Below, one piece after another: positions 39,719 through 52,365 of a DNA stretch of 64,000 bases. The stretch is taken from positions 315,766,001 to 315,830,000 of the forward strand of contig OZ024740.1 of NCBI GenBank assembly GCA_964016885.1. Direction: 5' to 3'. The notes beneath the pieces were generated by a model. It searched no databases. It had not been told where the DNA came from and saw only the letters and a list, made by a program, of their open reading frames with translations. Each line of letters starts with the position of its first letter. Within the stretch, counting starts at the first letter, position 1. The DNA comes from Eledone cirrhosa (taxonomy: Eukaryota). The translations under genes and the position numbers were made by a program.

Positions 39719-41669
39719 ATTATACCTATCTACCTTACTGTCCCGCTCTCTGATCCTTTCATTAAAAAAATTATACCTATCTACCTTACTGTCCCACTCT
39801 CTGGCCCTTTCATAAAAAATTATACCTATCTACCTTACTGTCCCGCTCTCTGATCCTTTCATTAAAAAAATTATACCTATCTACCTTACTGTCCCGCTCT
39901 CTGATCCTTTCATTAAAAAAATTATACCTATCTACCTTACTGTCCCGCTCTCTGATCCTTTCATTAAAAAAATTATACCTATCTACCTTACTGTCCCACT
40001 CTCTGGCCCTTTCATAAAAAATTATACCTATCTACCTTACTGTCCCGCTCTCTGATCCTTTCATTAAAAAAATTATACCTATCTACCTTACTGTCCCACT
40101 CTCTGGCCCTTTCATAAAAAATTATACCTATCTACCTTACTGTCCCGCTCTCTGATCCTTTCATTAAAAAAATTATACCTATCTACCTTACTGTCCCACT
40201 CTCTGGCCCTTTCATAAAAAATTATACCTATCTACCTTACTGTCCCGCTCTCTGATCCTTTCATTAAAAAAATTATACCTATCTACCTTACTGTCCCGCT
40301 CTCTGATCCTTTCATTAAAAAAATTATACCTATCTACCTTACTGTCCCACTCTCTGGCCCTTTCATAAAAAATTATACCTATCTACCTTACTGTCCCGCT
40401 CTCTGATCCTTTCATTAAAAAAATTATACCTATCTACCTTACTGTCCCGCTCTCTGATCCTTTCATTAAAAAAATTATACCTATCTACCTTACTGTCCCA
40501 CTCTCTGGCCCTTTCATAAAAAATTATACCTATCTACCTTACTGTCCCGCTCTCTGATCCTTTCATTAAAAAAATTATACCTATCTACCTTACTGTCCCA
40601 CTCTCTGGCCCTTTCATAAAAAATTATACCTATCTACCTTACTGTCCCGCTCTCTGATCCTTTCATTAAAAAAATTATACCTATCTACCTTACTGTCCCA
40701 CTCTCTGGCCCTTTCATAAAAAATTATACCTATCTACCTTACTGTCCCGCTCTCTGATCCTTTCATTAAAAAAATTATACCTATCTACCTTACTGTCCCG
40801 CTCTCTGATCCTTTCATTAAAAAAATTATACCTATCTACCTTACTGTCCCACTCTCTGGCCCTTTCATAAAAAATTATACCTATCTACCTTACTGTCCCG
40901 CTCTCTGATCCTTTCATTAAAAAAATTATACCTATCTACCTTACTGTCCCGCTCTCTGATCCTTTCATTAAAAAAATTATACCTATCTACCTTACTGTCC
41001 CACTCTCTGGCCCTTTCATAAAAAATTATACCTATCTACCTTACTGTCCCGCTCTCTGATCCTTTCATTAAAAAAATTATACCTATCTACCTTACTGTCC
41101 CACTCTCTGGCCCTTTCATAAAAAATTATACCTATCTACCTTACTGTCCCGCTCTCTGATCCTTTCATTAAAAAAATTATACCTATCTACCTTACTGTCC
41201 CACTCTCTGGCCCTTTCATAAAAAATTATACCTATCTACCTTACTGTCCCGCTCTCTGATCCTTTCATTAAAAAAATTATACCTATCTACCTTACTGTCC
41301 CGCTCTCTGATCCTTTCATTAAAAAAATTATACCTATCTACCTTACTGTCCCACTCTCTGGCCCTTTCATAAAAAATTATACCTATCTACCTTACTGTCC
41401 CGCTCTCTGATCCTTTCATTAAAAAAATTATACCTATCTACCTTACTGTCCCGCTCTCTGATCCTTTCATTAAAAAAATTATACCTATCTACCTTACTGT
41501 CCCACTCTCTGGCCCTTTCATAAAAAATTATACCTATCTACCTTACTGTCCCGCTCTCTGATCCTTTCATTAAAAAAATTATACCTATCTACCTTACTGT
41601 CCCACTCTCTGGCCCTTTCATAAAAAATTATACCTATCTACCTTACTGTGCCGCTCTCTGATCCTTTCC
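39719..41669. repeat. Minisatellite of 39 monomers: 51-bp A and 49-bp B variants
   Basis: A = attatacctatctaccttactgtcccGctctctgATcctttcattaaaaaa; B = attatacctatctaccttactgtcccActctctgGCcctttcataaaaa. Confidence 0.95.
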
Positions 41670-42064
41670 CTTTATTTTGACCCTTTTCTTATCATGCTCT
41701 CAAACCACCCTTCATGCTTAATCATCCATTTCTCTACGAAATTAGGCATTAAGAACATGAGAATATGAGCAACAAATTGTTACATTCTGCACTTCTCATA
41801 GCAAATAAATGTTCTTATTCTTCTTAACTTCAAATTGACTAGATTTATCATCAGTATCCAAGAATTCCCAAAAGCCATTTGGAAACTAATACCATGACAT
41901 TAATAAGAAATATAAAAAAAGTTTAAATTCTTGATAAAAAACAAATTAAAAGAATATGAGTACTGATATTTTTCTTTCTTAGTAATTCAATATTACTAAA
42001 GCTGAATGTGACTAAAGTTCCTGAGATATTGAAGCATAACCAAATTAATTACAAAATGCTTTCA

Positions 42065-42720
42065 TTAGATTGGCAGTCTCAGTAGAGAGTCGGACACCAT
42101 TCTTTGCAGCATAGAGTTACGGCCCTTTACGGTCTGAGTTCAAATCCCGCCGAGGTTAACTTTGCCTTTCATCCTTACGGGGTCGATAAAATAAAGTACC
42201 AGTAACGTAATGAGGTCAATTTAATAGACTTTCCCCTCCCAACAAATTATTGGCCTTGTGCCAATACTAGAAATCGATATTGAATTAATATGGCGGTGGA
42301 TTGACAGTATCGGTAGAGGGTTGGATGCCATGCTTTCTAGCATAGTTACGTCCCTTTACAGTCTGAGTTCAAATCCCGCCGAGGTTAACTTTGCCTTTCA
42401 TCCTTACAGGGTCGATAAAATAAAGTACCAGTAATGTACTGGGTAATTGCTGGCCTTGTGCCAAAAGTAGAAACAATTATTGAATTAATATAGAGTGGGT
42501 AGATTGGCAGAATCATTAGAGCACAAGTCAATATGCTTTCTGGCATATAGTTACGTCTCTTAACTTTCTGAGTTAAAATCCCACTGAGGTTAGCATTGCC
42601 TTCATCCTTACGGGGTCGATAAAATAAAGTACCAGTAACGTACCGGGGTTGATTTAATTGACTTTTCCCTGCATGCCAAAATTGTCCGCCTTGTGCTTAA
42701 ATCAAAAACCATTATTGAAT
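42065..42720 (+). mobile_element. Three tandem copies of the same SINE family
   Basis: Each copy has tggcag..ggtaga (A box), gagttcaaatcc (B box), gcctttcatccttacggggtcgataaa and an ATT tail. Two more copies lie at 37375-37710. Confidence 0.85.
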
Positions 42721-44573
42721 TAACCCATTAGCATTTAAACCTCTTTCTGCTCAAACCAGCTGTAACTGGCCACTCATACTGATGTTACAGTATTGTTCTC
42801 AAAATAAATAATATCAAAATTTCATAGATTCGATATTATGTGAGATAATTATGTAAGGTAAAATCTTCACGACAAAAATATAATAGTAAATATAGAGTAA
42901 TGTAAATTCTAAAGGGTTAATATGAATAAATATAGAAATCATTATTGAATATTTTTGTTCTTTAAATACTAACATTATTATTGTGTGCTTCCCTTCTTGA
43001 AATATTAATATAAAGTAGTGAGCCCATGCTGTCAATAATGACAGCAATAGCTTTGAACGTATTTAATTTTTGGGGTCTGGAATTGGTGTACCATATATAT
43101 CAGGATTACTGAATATATGAACAATCATACAAACTGAGAAATTTGTGTTCTGATAAATTTATGGTTTGCATAATAGAAACCTCCAGCTATTGCTGGTATT
43201 CATTTTCAGCTGAGTATACTGGAGTAACATGAAATGAAGTGTTTTTCTCAAGAACACACAACTCAGACTAGGAATCGAACCCACATTATGGTTGTAAGTA
43301 CAATGCACCTACCACAAGGCCCTATGATAGACTGGTATTCTGTTCAGGGGGAAGTACTGTACTCTCAGTCGCTTCATGCCATGAAACTGGGATAAGCACT
43401 GGACTGACGAGCCTCCTGGCTTGAGACAGACTTTATATATATACCATATAATAGATTGTTGATTACTGACACTTGGGAATGATTAACCCTTTCATGACCA
43501 CATTTCTGATGAAATACACTCTATTTTAATTAATTAATGAAGAATTTTGAGGGATTTATTAAAATTATTAATTATTTCATTACTAAGATTGTAACTTAAA
43601 AATATTGGCGAAGCTAAGATTGCAGCACGGCTGAATAATAAATAAGTTTGCTTTGCAATTACAAGGTTTGATCCCATCACGTGACACCTTGGACAAACAT
43701 CTCCTATCATAACTTCAGGTTAACCCATGTTTTGGGTAGACAGAAACTGTGGAAGCCAATCACATGGGCTGTACATGTAATTGAAAGTTCCAGACTTGTT
43801 GTGAACTCTGTCTTGATGATTCTTCATGAGATTTACATTTAAGATACAAGTGACAGTGGAATACTCTGTCAAGTGGAATATACTGAACAAATGATGTTGT
43901 TTAGCCTGGGTCAACTCTGATTGAGCAATCCCATGATTAAAAACATTCCAGCTGTAATTATCTTTTCTTTTATGGGGGAATATAACTAGATCTGGATTAT
44001 CTAAGTCTTTTCTTTGCTTAACACTTAATGATCTGTACTGCATGAAACCACAATAGCAAAACATTATTCAAAAGTATTAAGTAGCACCATGACTGCATCA
44101 TATTAAAATTCAAAGTGTTTATTTTAGTTTACTGCAAATTTTCACAATGATCAGTTCATTATTAAAGTTGCTATAAACACTTGACTTAACAAATCTATTT
44201 TTTAGGTATGTTATGCTAAATCATTACAGAATGTTATGTTATGACAGTGGGGTGTGTATGATTTAAGGTAAATTTAATTGTTATTTATAGTGGATCAAGC
44301 AGCAGTGAAGACACATGCTAACAATTATGTCATGTCAACACTATGTCTGAATATAAGACAGGATGGTCATGTTTGGAATTCCTTAGATCATAAATATGGT
44401 CAAGGCTGACATGTAGATAAACAACAACACTTTACTGAATGGTTCCTAAATTCAATTAGATAATTAATCTGTCTGGTCTTTTCTCAAGTGTATTTTTCAA
44501 GGGGATTAACTGTCCTTATGTACTGTTAAAAGTTTCTGAGCAGCAATCTTCATCATGTATCGTATAACCAAGC

Positions 44574-44830
44574 GTGGTTTCAGGTAGTTTGGTATCAAAC
44601 GAGGTGGTTTCAGGCAGTTTGGAATCAAACCAGGTGGTTTCAGGCAGTTTGGAATCAAACCAGGTGGTTTCGTATCAAACTAGGCGGTTTCAGGCAGTTT
44701 GGTATCAAACCAGGTGGTTTCTGACAGTTTGGTATCAAACTAGGTGGTTTCTGACAGTTTGGTATCAAACCAGGTGGTTTCTGATAGTTTGGTATCAAAC
44801 CAACTGGTTTCAGGCAGTTTGGTGTCAAAA
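44574..44830. repeat. 30-bp tandem repeat GGTGGTTTCAGGCAGTTTGGTATCAAACCA
   Basis: About 8-9 copies, one internally deleted. Confidence 0.9.
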
Positions 44831-45339
44831 GGTTTAATGATCAACTGAAAGCTCATAAACTTAATCATCATAACACATTTTATGCTACTTTAACAGAAAA
44901 TTAAATTCTTAAAATGGTCCAAAGAGCATCATGTGTTGTTAATAGAAGGAAGGTGTGTTGCTAGGCTTTGGCACTTTGGTGGGGTTTCAGAACATTCTGG
45001 GTGAGCACTCTAATACCCCAGGGAATATTTTTATCAGCTTCTTTGCTTAACTTCTTTTTGTTCATTTTGTTTAATATTATTTTTGTTCTTGTTTTGAGAA
45101 GAAAATTTAATAAAGTCAAGACTTCAAGGAACTTATTTCAGGACATATTTTTTTATAAATTCTATGTTCCAAATCTAAGAATGCACCATTAAAAAGTAAG
45201 TGTATAATGGTGTAATGCCACCTAGTGCCTGTTGCTAGGTGACAGGCTCAATGGTAGGTACTTATTACAGAGGAAGACCTATGAAGGTGTAGTAAGAAGT
45301 GGTTAGAACAGATCTCAGGATACTGGAACACACAGATGG

Positions 45340-45580
45340 AAATAGTGGTGGTGGCGGTGGATGCAGTGGTGGTGGTGGTGGCAGTGAACGCAGTGGTGGT
45401 GGTGGTAACGGCAGCAATGGAGGTGGTGGTGGTGGTATTGGTGGCAATAGTGGTGGTGATGGTGATGGTTTTGGAAGTGGTAGTAGAGGTGGTGGCAGTG
45501 GTGGTAGTAATGGTGGCAATGGTAAGGATGGCAGTGATGGTGATGGTGGTGGTAATGTTGTTGTTGTTGGTTGTGGTGGA
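45340..45580. repeat. (GGT)n-like low-complexity tract; complementary (ACC/AAC)n tract at 50295-50560
   Basis: Seen directly. It yields spurious poly-Gly, poly-Pro and poly-Val ORFs. Confidence 0.85.
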
Positions 45581-45804
45581 GAATGTCCCACTTATGAAAG
45601 TTGAATGTTAATAATTAATGAATGCACAATTATTTCTACATCACTTGCAGTCTATACAGTCATTTAACAACTCAAGCATTGTTTCAATTGCTTGTAAGCC
45701 CTCAAATTATTCACATTATTTTTAACACACTTTTTTTTCTTTCTTTTTGCCTAAACTACGCCTTTAGAATTAACTATAATAATACATCACGTGTTTGTAT
45801 ATTT

Positions 45805-45999
45805 ACAAGGGTCGGCTAAAAAGTTCATAGGCTGACCAAGTTACTCTCATGGAATGACCAAATGAGGTTTATTTTTCAACATAGTACCTGGCAAGAAACA
45901 ATACAGTTATTAATAAGAAGAGTTGAAATTAATGCATGCCAGATTTCAAAGCATTTGCATCACTCCTTCATAGTCAGCTTATGAACTGTTCAGCCCTCG

Positions 46000-46001
<2 letters not shown>
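45805..46001. mobile_element. mariner-type MITE
   Basis: TACAAGGGTCGGCTAAAAAGTTCATAGGCTGAC...GTCAGCTTATGAACTGTTCAGCCCTCGTA. An inverted relative lies at 38091-38270. Confidence 0.7.
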
Positions 46002-46036
<35 letters not shown>

Positions 46037-46185
46037 TTTTTTTTTTTAGTATATGTTGGTTGTTTACCAACACCTCAGTATGCAGATTGGAGCACTCGAC
46101 GAAGTGCGCAGGTTGGTTTGGTTACTCCGGAGTAATGTAAAATAAAACAAATAAGTCAAATATTTAAAATTTGGCTTCGTTTATT

Positions 46186-46240
46186 ACTGCTATATATATT
46201 TCGGTGACAGCCATCTTTGGCTGTGACCTCTTCAGGCAGT
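46186..46240 (-). ncRNA. Minimal type I hammerhead ribozyme, inverted copy
   Basis: The reverse complement reads actgcCTGAAGAggtcacagccaaagatggctgtcaccGAAAtatataTAgcagt, followed by AATAAA. Confidence 0.8.
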
Positions 46241-46456
46241 CCGAATTAGTGTGGTAGAGACAAGTTCACGTGTTGTTGAGGTGTTTAACTTCGTCAATAC
46301 TCTGATATGCCCAGTTCCTGGTTGGGTTGTTGTTTCACTGAAGAACAGGAATCATATGAATTTAAACAAACGAATTTCAGCATCAAAGGACATCCTCTCC
46401 CACCAAAATAAAACACCTCAACAACATGTGGACTCGTCTCTACTACACTAATTCGG

Positions 46457-46511
46457 ACTGCCTGAAGAGGTCACAGCAAAAGATGGCTGTCACCGAAATA
46501 TATATAGCAGT
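46457..46511 (+). ncRNA. Minimal type I hammerhead ribozyme
   Basis: actgc-CTGAAGA-ggtcacagc-aaaagatg-gctgtcacc-GAAA-tatata-TA-gcagt: stem I, core, stem II, palindromic stem III and an NUH triplet. Confidence 0.8.
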
Positions 46512-46690
46512 AGTAAACGAAGCCAAATTTTAAATATTTGACTTATTTATTATATTTTACATATATATATGTATATAAAAGTAAGTATTGCAAAGAAAAA
46601 TAAAACGTTGGCATGAAGAGATTAGGAATTTATTTGCTTTAACATATGTTTCTGTATCTATTATAAATTGTCTACATATGTTGACTACAA

Positions 46691-48477
46691 TATCATCATC
46701 ATCATCATCATCGTTTAACGTCCATCTTCCACGCTAGCATGGGTTTGGACGGGAATTTTCCCACTTGAGGCAAGATTGGTTGTCTTGCTCGTATAGGACT
46801 GTCTGGCGGGTTTTCTACGGCTGGATGCCCTTCCTAACACCAACCACGTTTACAGTGTGAACTGGGAGGTTTTTACAATGTTACCTACACGGCCACATTA
46901 CAGCGTGGACTGTGTTTTTTTGTCGTGACACCTACACAACCTCATTTATTATAGACTGGATGTTGTGGCACCAACATAACTTTACATCGAAAGGGGTGGT
47001 GTAGATGGGGTGGGGGTAGGGTTGTATTTTGGTTAAGAGGTGCCTACTGACTGAAGGTTTCGCTTTGTACTTAGGCAAGGCGGGTCTTCTGTATTACTGC
47101 ATAGCGCCAAAGATCTCGGTCCAGTGACATTGTCTTGGAGAGGTGTAAGTGTGTGAGGTCGGAATTTATCAAGTCGTCCTAGGTTTTTCTTGGTCTGCCT
47201 ACTCCGTGGCTACCGTCTATTTTGATCGCCCTGCACTTTTTTATACAGCTGTCATCTTTCATGCGCATCACGTGACCATACCAACGTAGTCTTCTCTCGA
47301 GTAAACAACATCTGATCCCTCTTATTCCTAATTTCTCACTTAGTTCATTTAGGGCTTTGCTGTTCACGTATATTACTATTACACATCCAATGGAGCATGC
47401 AAGCTTCGTTCCTCTCCAGTCTGCGTATATCCTCTGCACACAATGCCCAAGTCTCACTTCCATGTAACATTGCTGTTCATATGCAGGCATCATACAGCCT
47501 GCCTTTCATTTTTAGAGAGAAACTTTTAGCGACCAATAGTGGTTTAAGCTCTCTGAACTTTTTCCATCCCGCTCTGATTCTAGCTACTGTACTTTCCAAG
47601 CACCCTCCACCACTGCTGATTTTGTCACCCAGGTAACGGAAGGTGTCCACTATTTCTATAGAACCATCTGTGCAATGGAATGAGTTAGTATTCTGTGGGA
47701 ACTTGCTGCTACTTAGTGCACCTGAGCACCGGCCAGATATAAAATCTATATTCTTAGTTAGCTTACCTGTGATCCCACTACATCTTTTATGCACCCATAC
47801 TTTGTATTTGGGACATAAAATGGAGTTTCTGCCTACTCCTTTCAAACACACTGAGCATGGCCATTTCCCAGGTGGGACCAGTGCCCTATTTTCCTTCCTA
47901 CATACTAGAACTTTAGTCTTAGACAGGTTAATTTTAAGGCCTTTTGATTCTAGGCCATACTTCCATGTTTGGAATTTCTTCTCTAGTTCAGCCATTGATT
48001 CAGCTATGAGCGTTAGATCATTTGCGTATAGGAGTTCCCATGGGCAGCCGGTCTTGAACTCCTCTGTTATAGCCTGAAGGGCAATAATAAATAGGAGGGG
48101 GCTAAGGACAGAGCCCTGATGAACACCAACTTTTAGGCTAAACTCTTCACTATATTCGTTGTTAATTCTAACCTTGCTGGCTTGTATAGCTCTCACAAGC
48201 CATTCATCAACACCTAGTTTTCTGAGAGCCCAGTGTGTGGGACTCTGTCAAAGGCTTTCTCCAAGTCAACAAAAGCTAAGTATAGGGGTTTACTTTTAGC
48301 TAGGTACTTCTCCTGTAGTTGTCGTACAATGAAAAGAGCATCTGTGGTACTTTTACCTGACACAAACCCGAACTGCATTTCATCTAGATCAATTCGCTCT
48401 CTGATTAGTTGCACTATTACTTTTTCTGTGACCTTCATGACCTGGTCAATTAATTTAATGCCTCTATAGTTTCCCCT
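46691..48477 (-). mobile_element. 5'-truncated, inactivated RTE LINE
   Basis: Fragmented ORFs 48214-48438, 47477-48196 and 47179-47493. YADD has become YAND. 3' UTR matches copies A/B, with an (ATC)n tail and ATATCAT at both junctions. Confidence 0.92.
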
Positions 48478-50826
48478 ATATCATTTTCAATCATATGCAA
48501 TACTTAATTATTTATTACACTTCATCAGAAAGCCATAGTGGAATTCAACTATTCACTACATATATATATTATGAATATATGAAATAAAGTTTTATTTGTT
48601 GGTGTAGAAACGAACACGACAAATACCAACAATTATGGTTTAATATATATCTTTACTTCACTTCAGTAAAAAGGAAAAAATATGATTACTTCGAATCGTA
48701 AATATAATGTTTGATTACAGTGTTCACAAATGAATATAGTGTTGAGTAAAGCTTCGGTGTTGTGCACGAGTCTTTTATTTACCATGGGATTTTACCTTAA
48801 AAGAAAAGTGACAAGTTTTAGTCAACAGTGCAGGACTGGCTGATGTAGTAGTAGTAAACTGTTAGTTATCCAGGCTGTGTTGTGTAGGCGAAGAGACAGT
48901 GGACAGCAAGTTTTGTTTAAGTGCCAATGGAAGAATTGTTGTGAGGAAAAAATATGATTATCGAGAAGGCCGGAGTGTTTGGCTAAGTGCTACATCTCTC
49001 TACTTGCTGGAACAGCTCATGTATGATGTCTCCTTTGAGAGACAAGAACAAGATGTGTATAGATGCTAGTTAATCTCTGATAAACTGCCAATGACTCTCT
49101 TCTCCAGACCGGGTCATTCCAGATTTTGAAACAAAAAGAAAATGAGTAACATGTTACCCAGAGGTCAGCACATGTGGTCACACTGACCTATTTTGCTAAC
49201 ATCAGAACAAGAGTTTAAATTACTACTTTAACTTTTTTAAATTTACACATACATATACACAATATATTTCCTATATCAGCCATGTTGCTACAATAAGAAG
49301 TTCACTTTCCAGTCATAAGGTCTCTGCAGTAAATAGTTATTTCTTCAAAGTTATTCAAACATTTTACCCTTTAGCATTTAAACTGGCCAGATTTCTCTTA
49401 CCTTTTTCTATTCAAACTGGCTGCTCATACTGACATTAAGGTATTGTTCTCAAAATAAATAATATCAAAAGCTCGTAGATTCGATATTATGTGAGATAAT
49501 TATGTAAGATAAAACCTTTACTGTGAAAATATAATAGTAAATATAGAGTAATGTAAATGCTAAAGGGTTAATCCTGTATGTTATTTGTACATATATGCTG
49601 AATATTTATGTAATTAGATCCTAGAAATAAATTATTAAAATACTATTCTCTTCTTTAATCATCTCCACATGTCAGTAATCAACATAAACTATAGGTTTTT
49701 CTTATGCAAACCATAGATTTATTAAAACTCAAATTTCCCACTTTGATGGTTGTTCGTGTATCCAGTAGTCCTGATATATATAACATATATTCTCCCTCCA
49801 TACACGCACACACATGTGTCTGTGTGTTTATGATTCACACACTGTTCACTTTCCTGACATTTGTACATTATTTTATGTACTATACATGCACCTTTGATGA
49901 ATTGTAGTGCTCCTGAGCATTGTACACAATATACCAATCCAGATTACAAAAGTACATTCAATGCTATTGCTGTCATTATTGATGCCACTGGTCCATGAGT
50001 TTGATTATATTTATTTAACATTCTCCCTCCATTGTCTTCCAGCATCATCATCATCATCATTGCCATCATCAACACCAATGAATAAGCCTCTATGTGGTCA
50101 CTTGACGTGATAGAAATAGCAGCTAAATTTAATTCAATCACATTACACCATCTTTAATAAAACAATGAAGGACACAATTAATGTAGTTCTAAATAGACTA
50201 TGTCTGAAAAAAAGGAAGATGGGACAGTGAGGGATGGACTGCCTTTGACCATAGGTTTGTTAGACCAAGCTTGACCTAGGGTTAAACAGAGATAGTGACC
50301 ACCAGCAACATCATCACCTCTATAACCCCCACCAACACCACCACCACCTCCACCAGCATCAAAAACAACAAACAATATCACCACCCTCATCAACAATCAC
50401 CACCATCAACAACAACCACATCCACCACCACTACCATCACCCACCCATCGTCAACAACTACCACTACCACCACCAACAACAACCACCATCATCACCCCTC
50501 CCCCACTAACAACAAACACCGCCACCACCAATCAACAACAATCACTGCCAATAACAACTAAAACCATAGAAAAAAAATACCTTCTAAAAGAAGTTATTTG
50601 AAAATCTAAGCCAATTTGTAAGATATGAGTCTGTCCTAAACAAGATGTAGATTTGTTTAAAGATTAAACTGATAAATCATTCCAATATGATGTTTGTATA
50701 ACACTAGTCCTTATTCTACTTGTGTTTTTTGTAAACACTAATAGTTTATTTCAAAAACCACTCATTATATATATCGTATTTATGTGCTGAGCTTCCTATA
50801 TTTAACTTTTTTGTGTGTATATATAT

Positions 50827-51865
50827 ATCATCATCATCATCATCATCGTTTAACCTCCATCTTTCACGTTTGCAAGGGTTGGACGGTTTTGTTCCACTTG
50901 AGGCGAGATTAGTCGGGAGACTGTGTCTTGCTCGTACAGAACTGTCTCTGGCAGGTTTTCTACAGCTGGATCCCCTCCCTAACACCAACCACATTTACAG
51001 TGTGGACTGGGACCTTTTTTACCGTGTCTCCTATACGACCACTTTACAGTGTGGACTGGGTGCTTTTTGTTGTGTCACCTACACGACCATTTTACAGTGG
51101 ACGGAAATGGGAGGATGGAGTAGGGTGTGTGGGGTGTATATTGGGTTAAGAGGTGCCTACTGACTGTAGGTTTACGTTTGTATGCAAGGTAAGGCGGGTC
51201 TTCTGTACAACTGCATGGTGCCAAAGATCTCGATCAAGAGACATTGTCTTAGAGAGGTGTAAGTGAGCAAAGTCAGTTTTTATCACCTCGTCCCAGGTTT
51301 TTCTTGGTCTACTCACTCTGTAGCTTCCATCAAATTTGATCGTTCTGCACGTTTTTATACAGCTGTTGTCCTTCATATGCATCACATGTCCATACCAACG
51401 CAATCTCCTCTTCTGCATACAACATTTGATACCTCTTATGCTTAGTCTCTCTCTCAATTCGTTTATACTTTGCTGTTCGCGTACATTACTATTACACATG
51501 CATCGGGGCATGCAAGAATCATTTCTTTCTAATCTATACAAGTCTTCTGCACACAACGCCTAGGTCTCACTACCATGTAATATTGCCGTTCCTATACAAG
51601 CATCATACAATCTGCCTTTCACTTTTAGAGAAAAACCCTTTGTGGCCAACAGCGGTATTAGCTCTGAACTTTTTCCATCACGTTCTAACTCTGAATACAG
51701 TACTTTCTGAACACGCTCCTCCACAGCTGATTTTATTACCCAGGTAACAGAAAGTGTCTACTATTTCTATAAAACCATCTGGATAGTTGAAGGAGATAGT
51801 ATCCAGTGGGCCCTTGCTACTTATTGCACATGAGCATATATAAAATCTACATTCTTAGATAGCTT
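50827..51865 (-). mobile_element. 5'-truncated degenerate RTE LINE
   Basis: C-terminal motifs RRLRWYGHV and RPRKTW, the 3' UTR and an (ATC)n tail. Confidence 0.9.
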
Positions 51866-51921
51866 ATATATATAACCCATGCTAGTGTGAAAAATGGACA
51901 TTAAATGATGATGATGATATA

Positions 51922-51956
<35 letters not shown>

Positions 51957-52029
51957 GTGTGTATATGTATATGTATGTGATGATAATGATGAAATGTATA
52001 TATATATATAATATATATATATACATATA

Positions 52030-52132
52030 TACAGGGTGTCCCCAAAAATGTATTCACACTTTGATTACCTGTACAGGCAATATTTATAAAATTGCTGTTG
52101 AAGTGTGTATGCATTCTTTTGGGACACCCTAT
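52030..52132. mobile_element. Tc1/mariner-type mini-MITE
   Basis: TA-CAGGGTGTCCCAAAA...TTTTGGGACACCCTA-TA, lying within (TA)n. Confidence 0.75.
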
Positions 52133-52192
52133 ATATATATATATGTATATATACACAAACACACACACACATACATACATATATATATATAA

Positions 52193-52224
<32 letters not shown>

Positions 52225-52293
52225 TGACTAAAGAAATTAAAGAAATTATTTAGCCTGATAAGAACCCTTGGAGAAATGGAAAAAGATGAGTAT

Positions 52294-52365
52294 TGACGTA
52301 CATGGGAGTCGAACCCACATCTTTGGTTATCCAGACCACTGTGCTACCATTTAAACCAACACATC
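52294..52365 (-). pseudogene. tRNA-like cloverleaf sequence (pseudogene or SINE head)
   Basis: 72 nt with A-box-like TGGTTTAAATGG, T arm GTGGG-TTCGACT-CCCAT, anticodon arm TGGT-CTGGATA-ACCA, a weak acceptor stem and a downstream TTTTT. Confidence 0.5.

Larger units (their letters stand above)
46135..46562. mobile_element. Foldback element with about 152-bp inverted arms, probably Penelope-like-element derived
   Basis: Arms 46135-46286 and 46411-46562 are near-perfect reverse complements, and each contains a hammerhead motif. Confidence 0.8.

Noticed and set aside
39719-41669. CRISPR-like appearance of regular repeats (also 44574-44830)
   Set aside because: There are no unique spacers and no cas genes, and the context is eukaryotic.
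45265-45611. Gly-rich, Pro-rich and Val-rich ORFs
   Set aside because: This is a (GGT)n low-complexity tract open in several frames, with no splice or homology support.
52294-52365. Functional tRNA gene
   Set aside because: The acceptor and D stems pair poorly and the anticodon loop is atypical, so it was treated as tRNA-derived.
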